Source: Candidatus Bathyarchaeota archaeon (lineage in GTDB: Archaea; Thermoproteota; Bathyarchaeia; TCS64). From it: a stretch of 64,000 nt of DNA. Location: positions 6,444 through 70,443 of the forward strand of contig JBFYNP010000071.1 in NCBI GenBank assembly GCA_041304325.1, given 5' to 3'. The notes under the pieces are model-generated. The model was given only the letters and a program-made list of their open reading frames with translations. It made no database searches and had not been told where the DNA came from. How positions within the stretch are numbered: the first letter of the stretch is position 1; every line of letters starts with the position of its first letter. Of this stretch, positions 9,071-18,158 are shown one piece after another. The translations under genes were made by a program, and so were the position numbers.

Positions 9071-10243
9071 TTGCCCTTCTTCGAAGAGCCATTACCTCTT
9101 GAACTTATTAAGAAACACGCCCCAGCCAAATGGGCAGCCCTATCTGAAGGAGTAATCCCTCTCTTCGCCGCCGATCCTGACTTCAGAGTCGCCCCCGAGA
9201 TTCAGGAAGCCGTATCCGCAGCTGGCCATGATGGAGTCTTCAGTTATGGGGAGTCATACGGAAACCGCGCATTCAGAGAGGTTATCGCCGATACAGTGAG
9301 GACACGAAAGAAGATCCATTGCCACCCAGACGATGTGATGGTGACGAACGGCGTTGCTCAAGCGATGATGCTTGTTGCCCGCTACGCTTGCAAACCCGGA
9401 GATGAAGCTATTCTCTTTGACCCTGTAGACTTTCTCTTCGGGCGAGCCATAGATGAATCAGGTGCCAAGCGAATCTATAGCCAAATCGATAAAGAGTATC
9501 AAGAACTAGACATAGAAGGACTTATGGAACTCATCACTCCAAAAACCCGGCTTCTCTGCGTCTGTAACCCTCATAATCCTCTTGGTCGAGTGCTCCGCAG
9601 AGATGAGTTAAGAGCTCTCGCCGAAATTGCTGTTGACAACAACCTCATAGTAATGTGTGACGAGATTTGGAGCGACATCGTCTACGATAAGCGTGAGTTT
9701 GTAAGCCTCGCGACTCTCAACCACGAGATTGCGGCTAGAACGATAACCCTTCACGGATTCTCAAAGACTTTTGGCCTAGCTGGTCTTAATCTCGGTTATG
9801 CAGTCGCGACAAACCCTGAGGTTATGCAGGGCCTCAAGAAGGCAACGCCCGGATTCTTTTACCCACTAAACGGCGTCTCTCAAGCAGCAGGATTAGCGGC
9901 ATACACTAAGGCATGGTACTGGGCTGACGCTTTTCTCTCACATCTTCAAGAGATTCGAGACTACGCATACTCAAGGCTCACAGAGATCCCTGGAGTGATA
10001 TGCCAAAAACCTGAGGGGACATACGTCCTCTTCCCAGACATCTCATCCTTCGGCAGAACCAGCGAAGAGATGACGCGCTACCTCCGGAAAGAGGGAAAGG
10101 TGGGCGTGGTTCCAGGTCACGGTCGAGATTTCAGCTACTTTGGCCCAAGCGCCGAAGGTAACATCAGAATAGTTTTCTCGACAACGAAAACCAACATCAC
10201 CGAAGCCTTAGACAGAATCGAGAAAGCATTAAACAAGCTATGA
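9071..10243 (+). CDS. Class I/II PLP-dependent aminotransferase (MalY/PatB-like subgroup possible)
   Basis: Motifs are CNPHNPLGRV, MCDEIWSD and the PLP-lysine region HGFSKTFGLAGLNLGY. The start is TTG as called and the true start is uncertain. Confidence 0.8.
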   Translation: MPFFEEPLPLELIKKHAPAKWAALSEGVIPLFAADPDFRVAPEIQEAVSAAGHDGVFSYGESYGNRAFREVIADTVRTRKKIHCHPDDVMVTNGVAQAMMLVARYACKPGDEAILFDPVDFLFGRAIDESGAKRIYSQIDKEYQELDIEGLMELITPKTRLLCVCNPHNPLGRVLRRDELRALAEIAVDNNLIVMCDEIWSDIVYDKREFVSLATLNHEIAARTITLHGFSKTFGLAGLNLGYAVATNPEVMQGLKKATPGFFYPLNGVSQAAGLAAYTKAWYWADAFLSHLQEIRDYAYSRLTEIPGVICQKPEGTYVLFPDISSFGRTSEEMTRYLRKEGKVGVVPGHGRDFSYFGPSAEGNIRIVFSTTKTNITEALDRIEKALNKL

Positions 10244-10252
10244 GAGCTCTTC

Positions 10253-11293
10253 CTATTTTAACTTCTCATGAGGGATCTTTACAGCGAATTTGCATACATC
10301 ATCACCTGCCAGAACACTCTCCAGAACCTCAACCTTCAACGGAACACCCAGCATAACCTCCAAAGGATACTTTTCGTACCCTGCGCTGCAGTAGCAGAAA
10401 TCACTTAGAGGCTTCGCCGCGCCTTCAAGAATCGCACTCCTCGCGAGTTGGCAGTGACAAGCATAGTAACGCTTCATCTTCGGATCCTTTTCTTCGAGCC
10501 AACGCTTCGGATCAAACGGAATCTTAGTTTTAATGATCACATCCCCCTGACGTATCCCGTTCTGGATCCTCTGATCTTTTCTGACGAACTCAACAACCTC
10601 AGGGGTGATCTCCTGCTCATACCAGAGCCTCCCAGACTTCATGGTCTCCTCAAGCTCAGCCACAAGCCGACCATGCTCACCAACAAGGAACTCATCGATA
10701 GTCTCCGCGGAATCGTAACGTTTCTTCATCTCTGTATAGGCAGTTAAGGGGATCCTGTGATGGTTACCCGCCAGGGCTTCTTTCATAATCTCTGATGGGA
10801 GTGAGACGTTAAGTCTGTCAAGAAGAGCCTTGGTGCATGAAGGATATGTTTCAGGAGGGGAGCCAAGAGGCGGTGTAACAAAGCCGTCAAAGACCTCGTT
10901 CCGCTTACTCTTCCCAGCGACCTTATCAAGCTTTTCGCCGATGCTCTCGTATACGCCTCTTCCACCGAGAACTGCAGCCATATACACAAACAGGTCGTTC
11001 TTCTTCACCCAGTAAACATATCTGGAGATCGCGAGGAGGCGATCATCAGTATTTTTACCTTCCGAGATTAGTTTGGAGATGTAAGTTTTCAAGTCCTCCA
11101 CATTTGAAGAGCCGATTGTTTTCCCGCTACTCCTCAGATGTCGCTCCCAAGTCTTCACAGCCTCCACAGCCTTATAGGTAGCCTGCGCATCGATTCCCCG
11201 CTTCGAATAATACGCTCTAAACGATACCTCCCGCATACTATACACCAATTCTCGGTTTATCGATCTACTAAAAAGGGCTTTCGCATCACACAT
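10253..11293 (-). CDS. Hypothetical protein with a Cys-rich C-terminal domain (DUF6144 / ATC-hydrolase-like fold suspected)
   Basis: C-terminus YYACHCQLARSAILEGAAKPLSDFCYCSAGYEKYPLEVMLGVPLKVEVLESVLAGDDVCKFAVKIP. The family assignment is from memory of the motif pattern only. Confidence 0.4.
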   Translation of the reverse strand: MCDAKALFSRSINRELVYSMREVSFRAYYSKRGIDAQATYKAVEAVKTWERHLRSSGKTIGSSNVEDLKTYISKLISEGKNTDDRLLAISRYVYWVKKNDLFVYMAAVLGGRGVYESIGEKLDKVAGKSKRNEVFDGFVTPPLGSPPETYPSCTKALLDRLNVSLPSEIMKEALAGNHHRIPLTAYTEMKKRYDSAETIDEFLVGEHGRLVAELEETMKSGRLWYEQEITPEVVEFVRKDQRIQNGIRQGDVIIKTKIPFDPKRWLEEKDPKMKRYYACHCQLARSAILEGAAKPLSDFCYCSAGYEKYPLEVMLGVPLKVEVLESVLAGDDVCKFAVKIPHEKLK

Positions 11294-11351
11294 AACGTAT
11301 TATCTACGCGGAAAGGTCTCTTTGAAATACCCCTAACAAGTCGATATTCAT

Positions 11352-13442
11352 ATGGATTCAGTTAGGAGCGTCGACACCATCTGCCGTATGTGCGGTAGAT
11401 ACTGCCCAGTGAGGGCGTTCGTTGAAAACGATAAGGTTACAAAGATTGAGGGGATACCTGGAAACTTTGTCACTGGAGGCGGTATTTGCGGTAAAGGCAT
11501 CGCAGGTGTTCAGCTGGAGTACGATCCGAAGAGAGTTCTATACCCATTAAAGCGAGTTGGTGAGCGAGGTGAAGGCAAATGGAGCGTGATTAGCTGGAAT
11601 CAAGCCCTTGAAGAGATCGCTTCCAGACTTAACTCAATCAAATCTGAGTACGGTGCTGAGGCTCTCGTTTACCACCATGGAGCAGCAGTACAGCACGTCT
11701 GGGGTTACATCCGTCGCTTCATGAACGCTTATGGGTCACCTAATGAGGCTGGTCACAGCCATCTCTGCCATATTCCCAGGCAACTCGCTCATACCCTCAC
11801 CTACGGAGGTATGCCTCAGGCTGACTACGATGAAACCCGTCTCATGGTTTTATGGGGGTATAACCCCTCAGCCTCAAGTGTCCTCCACTACGGGCGCCAG
11901 ATACTGGACGCTAAAGACCGGGGAGCTAAACTTGTGGTTATTGACCCGTTACTGACGCCACTAGCGGCAAAGGCGGATATCTGGCTTCAGCTCCGTCCGG
12001 GTAGCGATGGCGCTCTCGCCCTAGCGTTACTCAACGTCATCATCAACGAGGAGCTATACGACCACGTCTTTGTTGATAGGTGGACATTAGGTTTCCCAGA
12101 ACTCAAAAAGCATGTCCAAAGCTACTCGCCTGAAATGGCTGAGGAGATCACATGGGTAGACTCTGAGAAGATTCGGGAAGTCGCTAGGCTATACGCCTCA
12201 TCGAAACCTGCGGTGATGGAGGATGGCAACGGGATCGATCAGCATACAAACGTTGTTCAAACAGACCGGCTAATAGCTATTCTTCGCGTTGTCACTGGGA
12301 ACCTAGGAGTCCCTGGGGGTCACATCTTCCGCCCAGGCTCCGGACTCGCCGACATATCTCTAAAACAAAAAACACCAATCGCCTCTTCCATTTCTAGGAA
12401 CCCACTCTACACCGATCTCAGCGGACAGATCAGTACACCCCACGTTGTGGACACAATTCTCACCGAGAACCCTTACCCTGTGAAGGCGATGATCGTCCAC
12501 GGGAGCGCGGTTGGTTCCCTCGCCTCCAACGCTAACAAGACCATGAAGGCCTTAAGTAAACTCAGTCTTCTCGTGGTTCACGAGCTCTTTATGACGAGTG
12601 TTGCAGAGATCGCTGACTATGTTCTTCCAGCTGCCACATATCTTGAGCAAAACTGCTTGGTGTCAAACCCCCCCGCCGGTCCCTCACCGACGAAGGATAC
12701 TGCCTTCTATGGTATGATTGAGAAAGCTGTTGAGCCTCTCGGTGAGGCGTGGAGTGACCATGATTTCATATGGGGGCTCGCTAAGAAGCTCGGGCTTGGC
12801 GAATATTTCACAAGTCCTGAGGAGCTCTTCAACGAAGAGCTTGCCCCCCTCGGTTTAAGTGTAGCCGAACTTGGGATGTATCCTGGCGGTTACATTCGGA
12901 GATTCCAACCGGAGGAGATCTACCATACTTTCGAGAAGACGGGCTTCAATACGCCATCCGGCAAAGTGGAGCTCTGGTCAAAGACATTAGAGAAAGCTGG
13001 GTTTGACCCTATTCCTGTGTACAATGAGCCCGCGGAAAGCCCCCTCAGTAAACCCGAGATCGCTATAGAGTATCCTCTTGTTGGCAGTGTGGGTCTTCAC
13101 CTCGGCCTCTATACACACACCCAATACAGAACCTTACCCTGGCTCAGAGAGATCCATAAAGGCGCTTTCGTTAACATTCACCCATTAAAATGCGAAGAGC
13201 TCGGAGTAAGGAATGGAGATGAGGTTTACGTTGAGTCCCCGAGGGGTCGAATCAAAGTCGCCGCTAGGATCACTGAGGAAGTTGATCCTCGCGTCGTTAT
13301 GGTTACGTGGGGTTGGGGTCAGCCCTATGCTTGTGGGGACCGCGTTAATGTCCTCACCGACGACGAGGAGGGTTGCCCAATATCAGGTTCAACGGGTAAC
13401 CGATCATTCCTGTGCAGGGTAGTGAAAGTTGGAGTGAACTGA
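11352..13442 (+). CDS. Molybdopterin (Mo/W-bisPGD) oxidoreductase catalytic subunit, cytoplasmic type, substrate unknown
   Basis: N-terminal 4Fe-4S motif CRMCGRYCPV...GGICGKG. The candidate metal-ligand region is AGHSHLCH. The C-terminal barrel domain is NGDEVYVESPRGRIKVAARITEEVDPRVV. No twin-arginine signal is present. Confidence 0.85.
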   Translation: MDSVRSVDTICRMCGRYCPVRAFVENDKVTKIEGIPGNFVTGGGICGKGIAGVQLEYDPKRVLYPLKRVGERGEGKWSVISWNQALEEIASRLNSIKSEYGAEALVYHHGAAVQHVWGYIRRFMNAYGSPNEAGHSHLCHIPRQLAHTLTYGGMPQADYDETRLMVLWGYNPSASSVLHYGRQILDAKDRGAKLVVIDPLLTPLAAKADIWLQLRPGSDGALALALLNVIINEELYDHVFVDRWTLGFPELKKHVQSYSPEMAEEITWVDSEKIREVARLYASSKPAVMEDGNGIDQHTNVVQTDRLIAILRVVTGNLGVPGGHIFRPGSGLADISLKQKTPIASSISRNPLYTDLSGQISTPHVVDTILTENPYPVKAMIVHGSAVGSLASNANKTMKALSKLSLLVVHELFMTSVAEIADYVLPAATYLEQNCLVSNPPAGPSPTKDTAFYGMIEKAVEPLGEAWSDHDFIWGLAKKLGLGEYFTSPEELFNEELAPLGLSVAELGMYPGGYIRRFQPEEIYHTFEKTGFNTPSGKVELWSKTLEKAGFDPIPVYNEPAESPLSKPEIAIEYPLVGSVGLHLGLYTHTQYRTLPWLREIHKGAFVNIHPLKCEELGVRNGDEVYVESPRGRIKVAARITEEVDPRVVMVTWGWGQPYACGDRVNVLTDDEEGCPISGSTGNRSFLCRVVKVGVN

Positions 13443-13443
13443 C

Positions 13444-13773
13444 TTGAAAAAATATATGCTCGTTAACCTTGACCGCTGTATCGGCTGCTACTCATGTGAG
13501 ATCGCCTGCAAGCAGGAGAATAAGGTTCCAGAGGGAATCAAATGGATCGAAGTGAAGCAGATTGGCCCGGCTACTTTAAGTGGAAAGACGCTAATGGACT
13601 TTTTTCCTGTAATGAATAACGGTTGTACTCTATGCGCACATAGAGTTAAAATAGGAAGGGAAACCGCCTGCGAAGAATCTTGCCCAAACAATGCATTGAA
13701 GCTCTGCGACGACGCCGAGGCTCTTCACTTATTACATTACAACAAACGACATCAAATCTGTAAAGCCTTATAG
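13444..13773 (+). CDS. Small 4Fe-4S ferredoxin-type electron-transfer subunit
   Basis: CIGCYSCEIACKQEN (CxxCxxCxxxC) and CTLCAHRV...ACEESCP. It starts 2 nt after the catalytic subunit stop. Confidence 0.7.
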   Translation: MKKYMLVNLDRCIGCYSCEIACKQENKVPEGIKWIEVKQIGPATLSGKTLMDFFPVMNNGCTLCAHRVKIGRETACEESCPNNALKLCDDAEALHLLHYNKRHQICKAL

Positions 13774-13833
13774 GCGATGATTAATTTTCTCCTACTACTG
13801 TATTAATACTAGAGTCCATCCACTAGTATAATT

Positions 13834-15687
13834 TTAACGTTTTAATAGAAATGGAACCTCAATTACAATCCGCTCTACACCAGCCTTTTTATTTGCATCT
13901 ATAACTGCTTCCCTGATTTGCCAAGTCGTCTGATTATGTAGAGCTGCCTGCCACCATTCAGCTGGAACAAACGCTGGCAAAACTACAGCTGTAGACTCGC
14001 CATCGAATTCTGAATCCAAATCATCCAGGAAATTCAACAAAGGATGAGTAACTGACCTATATTCTGTAAGAATTATGTGTAAAGGAATACCTGGCCATAG
14101 AAGTTTCCATTCCTCTAAAAGCTCTTTTCCACTACCTTCGGCGACCTCAACATGAACACCTATAACATTTTGAGCCACCCTCTTGGCTAGAGCTACCGCA
14201 GCAACGGTGCCTCTATTTATATGTGATACAGGAATAACTGCTCTCGGCAACAACATTATACTTTCATACTCATATAAAGGATCCACGCTAAGCCAAGACA
14301 TCTGAAGATCAAATTCTTTGTAGTGTTGACGAATAGCTAGAAATATGTACACAATTACTGGTATAACCAGGAAAGTTATCCATGCCCCTTCAAAGAATTT
14401 GCTAACCCCAATAATTATCAATGCAGAGGCGGTCATAACGGCGCCTAACCCGTTTACAAACGCTTTCGCTTGCCAGAATTTCCCGCGTGCACGCCACCAG
14501 TGAACGACCATACCCGATTGAGATAAGGTAAAAGCTAGAAATGCGCCAACCGCAAAAAGAGGTATAAGTGAATGAGTATTACCTTCAAAAACTAATATTA
14601 ATAGGGCAGTGGCGGTGGCGAGAAACAACATACCATTCGCGAAAACTAGTCGATCCCCAAGATTCGAAAGCTGACGGGCGATGAAACTTTCGGAAGCGAG
14701 AAGAGCGGTCACGCGAGGAAAATCCGCGAAACTCGTGTTAGCGGCTACCGCAAGAATCAGTAACGTAGATACCTGTATGAGAACATACAGGGGGCCATCC
14801 CCCAGTATTCTACGCGATAACGCTGAAAGAATAGTCTCGTTCTGCCCAGGTATCACCGCGAGATATTGGGTTAACCCAATGCTTCCAATGAAGAGCACCC
14901 CCATCAAAAAGGCCATTGCTATCATCGTTTTGCTCGCATTTTTCCACTTAGGCTCCTCAAATGCGGGAACTCCATTGCTTATAGCTTCGACTCCTGTTAG
15001 GGCTGTGCAGCCAGTGGAAAACGCATGTAATAGTAATACTAAAGTCAATGGTTGTATTGCTGTCGGAGCGACCGAAACGAGGTCACCGGGGCCTTCCAGA
15101 TAAGCTCGAACAACACCGTAAGCTAACATAGGTAGATAGGTAAATAGGAACAGGTAAACCGGAATCGTCATCGCAGTACCAGCCTCACGTGTTCCACGAA
15201 GATTAATGATAGTAATAATTATAAGTATAAGAAGCGATGCGAAGACGCGATGTGGCAAAATCGCAGGAAACGCAGATGCAATAGCCTCAACACCAGCGGT
15301 AATACTTACAGCTGCCACCAGAAGATAGTCGATAAGGAGAGCCGCAGCAGCAACAAGACCTGCATGTTTACCCAAGTTTTCGCGAGCGACTATCCAGGAC
15401 CCTCCCCCTGAAGGATAACCTTGAAGCGTCTGAAGGTAAGAGAGAGTTAATAGAACGAGTATTCCAACGATAACCGCCCCAATTGTGAATGACATCGCAA
15501 GACCTGCAGCTCCTGCGACGACGAGTCCTAAGAAAATCTCCTGATTCGCGTACGCGATCGATGATAATGCATCCGGTGAAAAAGCTGCAAGCGCCCGTAT
15601 CTTATCGAGCTGCCTCTCCCCGAAAGCCCTCGTTGGTAGCGTAGAACCGATAATTATTTCTTTTAAACGTTTCAGAGTCAATCGCAA
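13834..15687 (-). CDS. APC-superfamily amino acid/polyamine permease with a C-terminal cytoplasmic domain
   Basis: 617 aa. About 12 TM segments are followed by a ~150-aa soluble tail. The N-terminal region LSSIAYANQEIFLGL is typical of APC permeases. Confidence 0.7.
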   Translation of the reverse strand: MRLTLKRLKEIIIGSTLPTRAFGERQLDKIRALAAFSPDALSSIAYANQEIFLGLVVAGAAGLAMSFTIGAVIVGILVLLTLSYLQTLQGYPSGGGSWIVARENLGKHAGLVAAAALLIDYLLVAAVSITAGVEAIASAFPAILPHRVFASLLILIIITIINLRGTREAGTAMTIPVYLFLFTYLPMLAYGVVRAYLEGPGDLVSVAPTAIQPLTLVLLLHAFSTGCTALTGVEAISNGVPAFEEPKWKNASKTMIAMAFLMGVLFIGSIGLTQYLAVIPGQNETILSALSRRILGDGPLYVLIQVSTLLILAVAANTSFADFPRVTALLASESFIARQLSNLGDRLVFANGMLFLATATALLILVFEGNTHSLIPLFAVGAFLAFTLSQSGMVVHWWRARGKFWQAKAFVNGLGAVMTASALIIIGVSKFFEGAWITFLVIPVIVYIFLAIRQHYKEFDLQMSWLSVDPLYEYESIMLLPRAVIPVSHINRGTVAAVALAKRVAQNVIGVHVEVAEGSGKELLEEWKLLWPGIPLHIILTEYRSVTHPLLNFLDDLDSEFDGESTAVVLPAFVPAEWWQAALHNQTTWQIREAVIDANKKAGVERIVIEVPFLLKR

Positions 15688-15896
15688 TAACTGCGCCTTC
15701 TACACGAGAACCTCTTAAATTATGCCCCTAATAGCCATCACAGATATCAGTTGATCTCTATAAACTTACTGCTAAATGTTAGGAGCTAACTTAAAGCCAC
15801 TATATGACATGAATTCCACTCTAAAGGCCTGTTAAAAAACAATGGCGCTTGGTAAAAGTATATCCGTACTGATTTCAAGAATGTAATGATTATTAG

Positions 15897-16304
15897 ATGA
15901 CGACAATAAAGCAGAAGGTAGTAATCTCAGCTGAACCAGACGAGGTCTACGACGCTTATATGGACTCGAAGAAACACGCTAAGTTCACAGGAAGCGCCGC
16001 TAAGATCGATGCGAGAGTCGGTGGAGAATTCACAGCATGGGATGGGTACATCGTTGGGCGTAATCTTGAGCTGGAGAAGGGAAAGAAGATAGTTCAGGAG
16101 TGGAGAACTACCGAATGGCCTGGTAACAACCCTCCATCACACCTAGAGATTGTATTTAAGAAAGTGAAGGGCGGAACTCAATTGACCCTGAATCATACTG
16201 ATGTACCTTATGAGCAGGCTAAGGACTACCGGAAAGGATGGATAGATTTCTACTGGGAGCCTCTAAAAAAATATTTTACGCAGATTCGAAAAGTTTTATC
16301 TTGA
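15897..16304 (+). CDS. SRPBCC-fold protein (Aha1/BPI-like, activator of Hsp90 ATPase homologue domain)
   Basis: 135 aa. The pattern VYDAYMDSKKHAKFTGSAAKIDARVGGEFTAWDGYIVGRNLELEKGKKIVQEWR matches AHSA1-type SRPBCC proteins. Confidence 0.6.
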   Translation: MTTIKQKVVISAEPDEVYDAYMDSKKHAKFTGSAAKIDARVGGEFTAWDGYIVGRNLELEKGKKIVQEWRTTEWPGNNPPSHLEIVFKKVKGGTQLTLNHTDVPYEQAKDYRKGWIDFYWEPLKKYFTQIRKVLS

Positions 16305-16334
16305 GCAACCCAGATTAATTATCAGGTTCTTACA

Positions 16335-16838
16335 ATGACTGAATCCATCGATAAACTCATGGCTGCCTTCGCCGGCGAGAGTCAGGCGAACCGAACATAC
16401 CTAGCCTTCGCAAAAAAAGCGGACGAGGAGGAACTACATCAAGTCGCGAAACTATTCCGCGCTGCAGCAGAGGCTGAGACGGTTCACGCCCTTAATCACC
16501 TCCGAATAGCGGGGAAGATCGGTATGACAGTCTCTAACCTTGATGAAGCTATCAATGGTGAGACATACGAGTTCAAGCAGATGTACCCCAGCTTCATCGA
16601 GGTTGCGAAAAAGGAGAAGAATAAGCAAGCTGAATGGAGCTTCGACATCGCGAACAAAGTCGAAGAAATCCATGCAGGACTCTACAGGATAGCACTAGAG
16701 GCGGTGAAATCTGGTAAAGAAGTGCCGAAAGTCGATTATTACGTCTGTAAGGTCTGTGGTAACACTGTGGAGAAAACAGCACCTGATAAATGCTCTATCT
16801 GCGGTGCACCGAAGACACAGTTCATAAAGATCGAGTAA
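16335..16838 (+). CDS. rbr: Rubrerythrin
   Basis: Diiron four-helix-bundle motifs GESQANRTYLAFA, EAETVHALNH and EEIHAGLY. The C-terminal rubredoxin-like domain is CKVCGN...CSICGAP. Confidence 0.85.
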   Translation: MTESIDKLMAAFAGESQANRTYLAFAKKADEEELHQVAKLFRAAAEAETVHALNHLRIAGKIGMTVSNLDEAINGETYEFKQMYPSFIEVAKKEKNKQAEWSFDIANKVEEIHAGLYRIALEAVKSGKEVPKVDYYVCKVCGNTVEKTAPDKCSICGAPKTQFIKIE

Positions 16839-16861
16839 ACCAACTCTAAGACTTTAACCTT

Positions 16862-18124
16862 CTAGAACTGTCCTTTTAGTAGGTCCTGAAGGCTCTCCTT
16901 TTCTCGAACTAGTCTCGTAAAACCGTCTTTTACTATGACTTCAGCTGGGCGAAGCCTAGAATTATATTGACTACTCATTGAGAAACCGTAAGCCCCCGCG
17001 TTCAGAATGGCAAGAAGCGCTCCCTCAGATACACGTGGAAGCACCCTATTTCTCGCAAATAAGTCTCCAGTTTCGCATAGAGGGCCATAGATATCGTAAT
17101 TCTCTGGGGGAGTGTTGAGTGTGCTAGCTGAGACTATGGGATGATAAGACCCGTACATGGCTGGGCGTATTAGAGTGTTGAATCCCGCATCGACGCCAAG
17201 ATAACTTCTATCGGGAGTCTTCTTCAGCGTCGTAACCCGTGTTAGGAGGATACCGGACTCGGCGACGAGGTATCGTCCCGGCTCTAACCAGATCTCGGGC
17301 TCGCCTAAGTTGTGGGTATGCAGCTGCTCCTTTGTGTAATTTATGAGGCGTTGAACGAAGATGTCGAGATCGACAGCCTTCTCCTCAGGGCGGTAAGGGA
17401 CTCCTATTCCTCCTCCGAAGTCGATAAAGTCAAAGTCAATGCCAGCTTCGTCGTGGGTGTGCTTCGCTACTTCTATGAGTCTCTTAACGGGGCGAAGGTA
17501 GTTTTCAACATCGAGGACTCCAGAACCTATATGCATCTGGATCCCGAAACGTTTTACTCCCGCATGCTTTGCCTTTTTGAAGACTTTAACTGCATCTGTA
17601 TCCCATAGACCGAACTTGGCGTCAGGGCCAGCTGTGATTACGTGTTCGTGGTGCCCTGCCCCAATCTCAGGATTAACACGTACAGATACCATCTCAGGTA
17701 CCTCGATCCCGATGAGCCTGTCGAGTTGAGACTCTGAATCCAGGTTAATTCTTACACCTTTCTCGAGGATAAAGAGCAGCTCTTCATAGCCTACGCTTGT
17801 TCCTGTGAAAAGGATCTGCTCTGGCTTGAAGCCTGCCTCGAGAGCGAGAAAGACCTCTCCAGGGCTTACAGTATCAAGCCCCGCTCCTTCTTCAAGGAGG
17901 AGCCTAAGCACACTTAGGTTCGTGTTCGCTTTCGCTGCATACAGTATTCTATTCCTAGGGTAGTATAGGTTAAGCGCTTTTTTGAGTTCGCGGTATCGAC
18001 GCTTAATCATGTTCTCGCTGTAGACGTAAAGGGGTGTGCCGTAAAGCCTGGCAAGCTCCAGAGAGGAAACGCCATCGATGAATAAAAAGCCGTCACGGTT
18101 ATCGAGAGGCCAGCCTAGAGCCAT
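16862..18124 (-). CDS. lysA: Diaminopimelate decarboxylase (Orn/DAP/Arg decarboxylase family 2)
   Basis: The PLP lysine region is LYAAKANTNLSVL. Other motifs are DTVSPGEV, FGGGIGVPY, EPGRYLVA and YGPLCETGD. Confidence 0.75.
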   Translation of the reverse strand: MALGWPLDNRDGFLFIDGVSSLELARLYGTPLYVYSENMIKRRYRELKKALNLYYPRNRILYAAKANTNLSVLRLLLEEGAGLDTVSPGEVFLALEAGFKPEQILFTGTSVGYEELLFILEKGVRINLDSESQLDRLIGIEVPEMVSVRVNPEIGAGHHEHVITAGPDAKFGLWDTDAVKVFKKAKHAGVKRFGIQMHIGSGVLDVENYLRPVKRLIEVAKHTHDEAGIDFDFIDFGGGIGVPYRPEEKAVDLDIFVQRLINYTKEQLHTHNLGEPEIWLEPGRYLVAESGILLTRVTTLKKTPDRSYLGVDAGFNTLIRPAMYGSYHPIVSASTLNTPPENYDIYGPLCETGDLFARNRVLPRVSEGALLAILNAGAYGFSMSSQYNSRLRPAEVIVKDGFTRLVREKESLQDLLKGQF

Positions 18125-18158
18125 AAGGAATATTCCAGTTTATCGATTATAAAAAAGG

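Noticed and set aside
10900-11293. The N-terminal part of ORF 10253..11293 vaguely resembles a phage-integrase SAM-like N domain, which would hint at a mobile element.
   Set aside because: No tyrosine-recombinase catalytic domain (R..HxxR..Y) follows, and the C-terminus is a Cys-rich metabolic-type domain. The resemblance is too weak to call.
14681-15103. 140-aa + strand ORF inside the APC permease gene. The same applies to similar antisense ORFs listed inside the HerA, NrdD, ValRS, LarA-like and PdxA-family genes, among others.
   Set aside because: All are embedded antisense or out of frame in longer ORFs with clear family motifs. Their translations are Ser/Arg/Pro-rich, as expected for non-coding frames.
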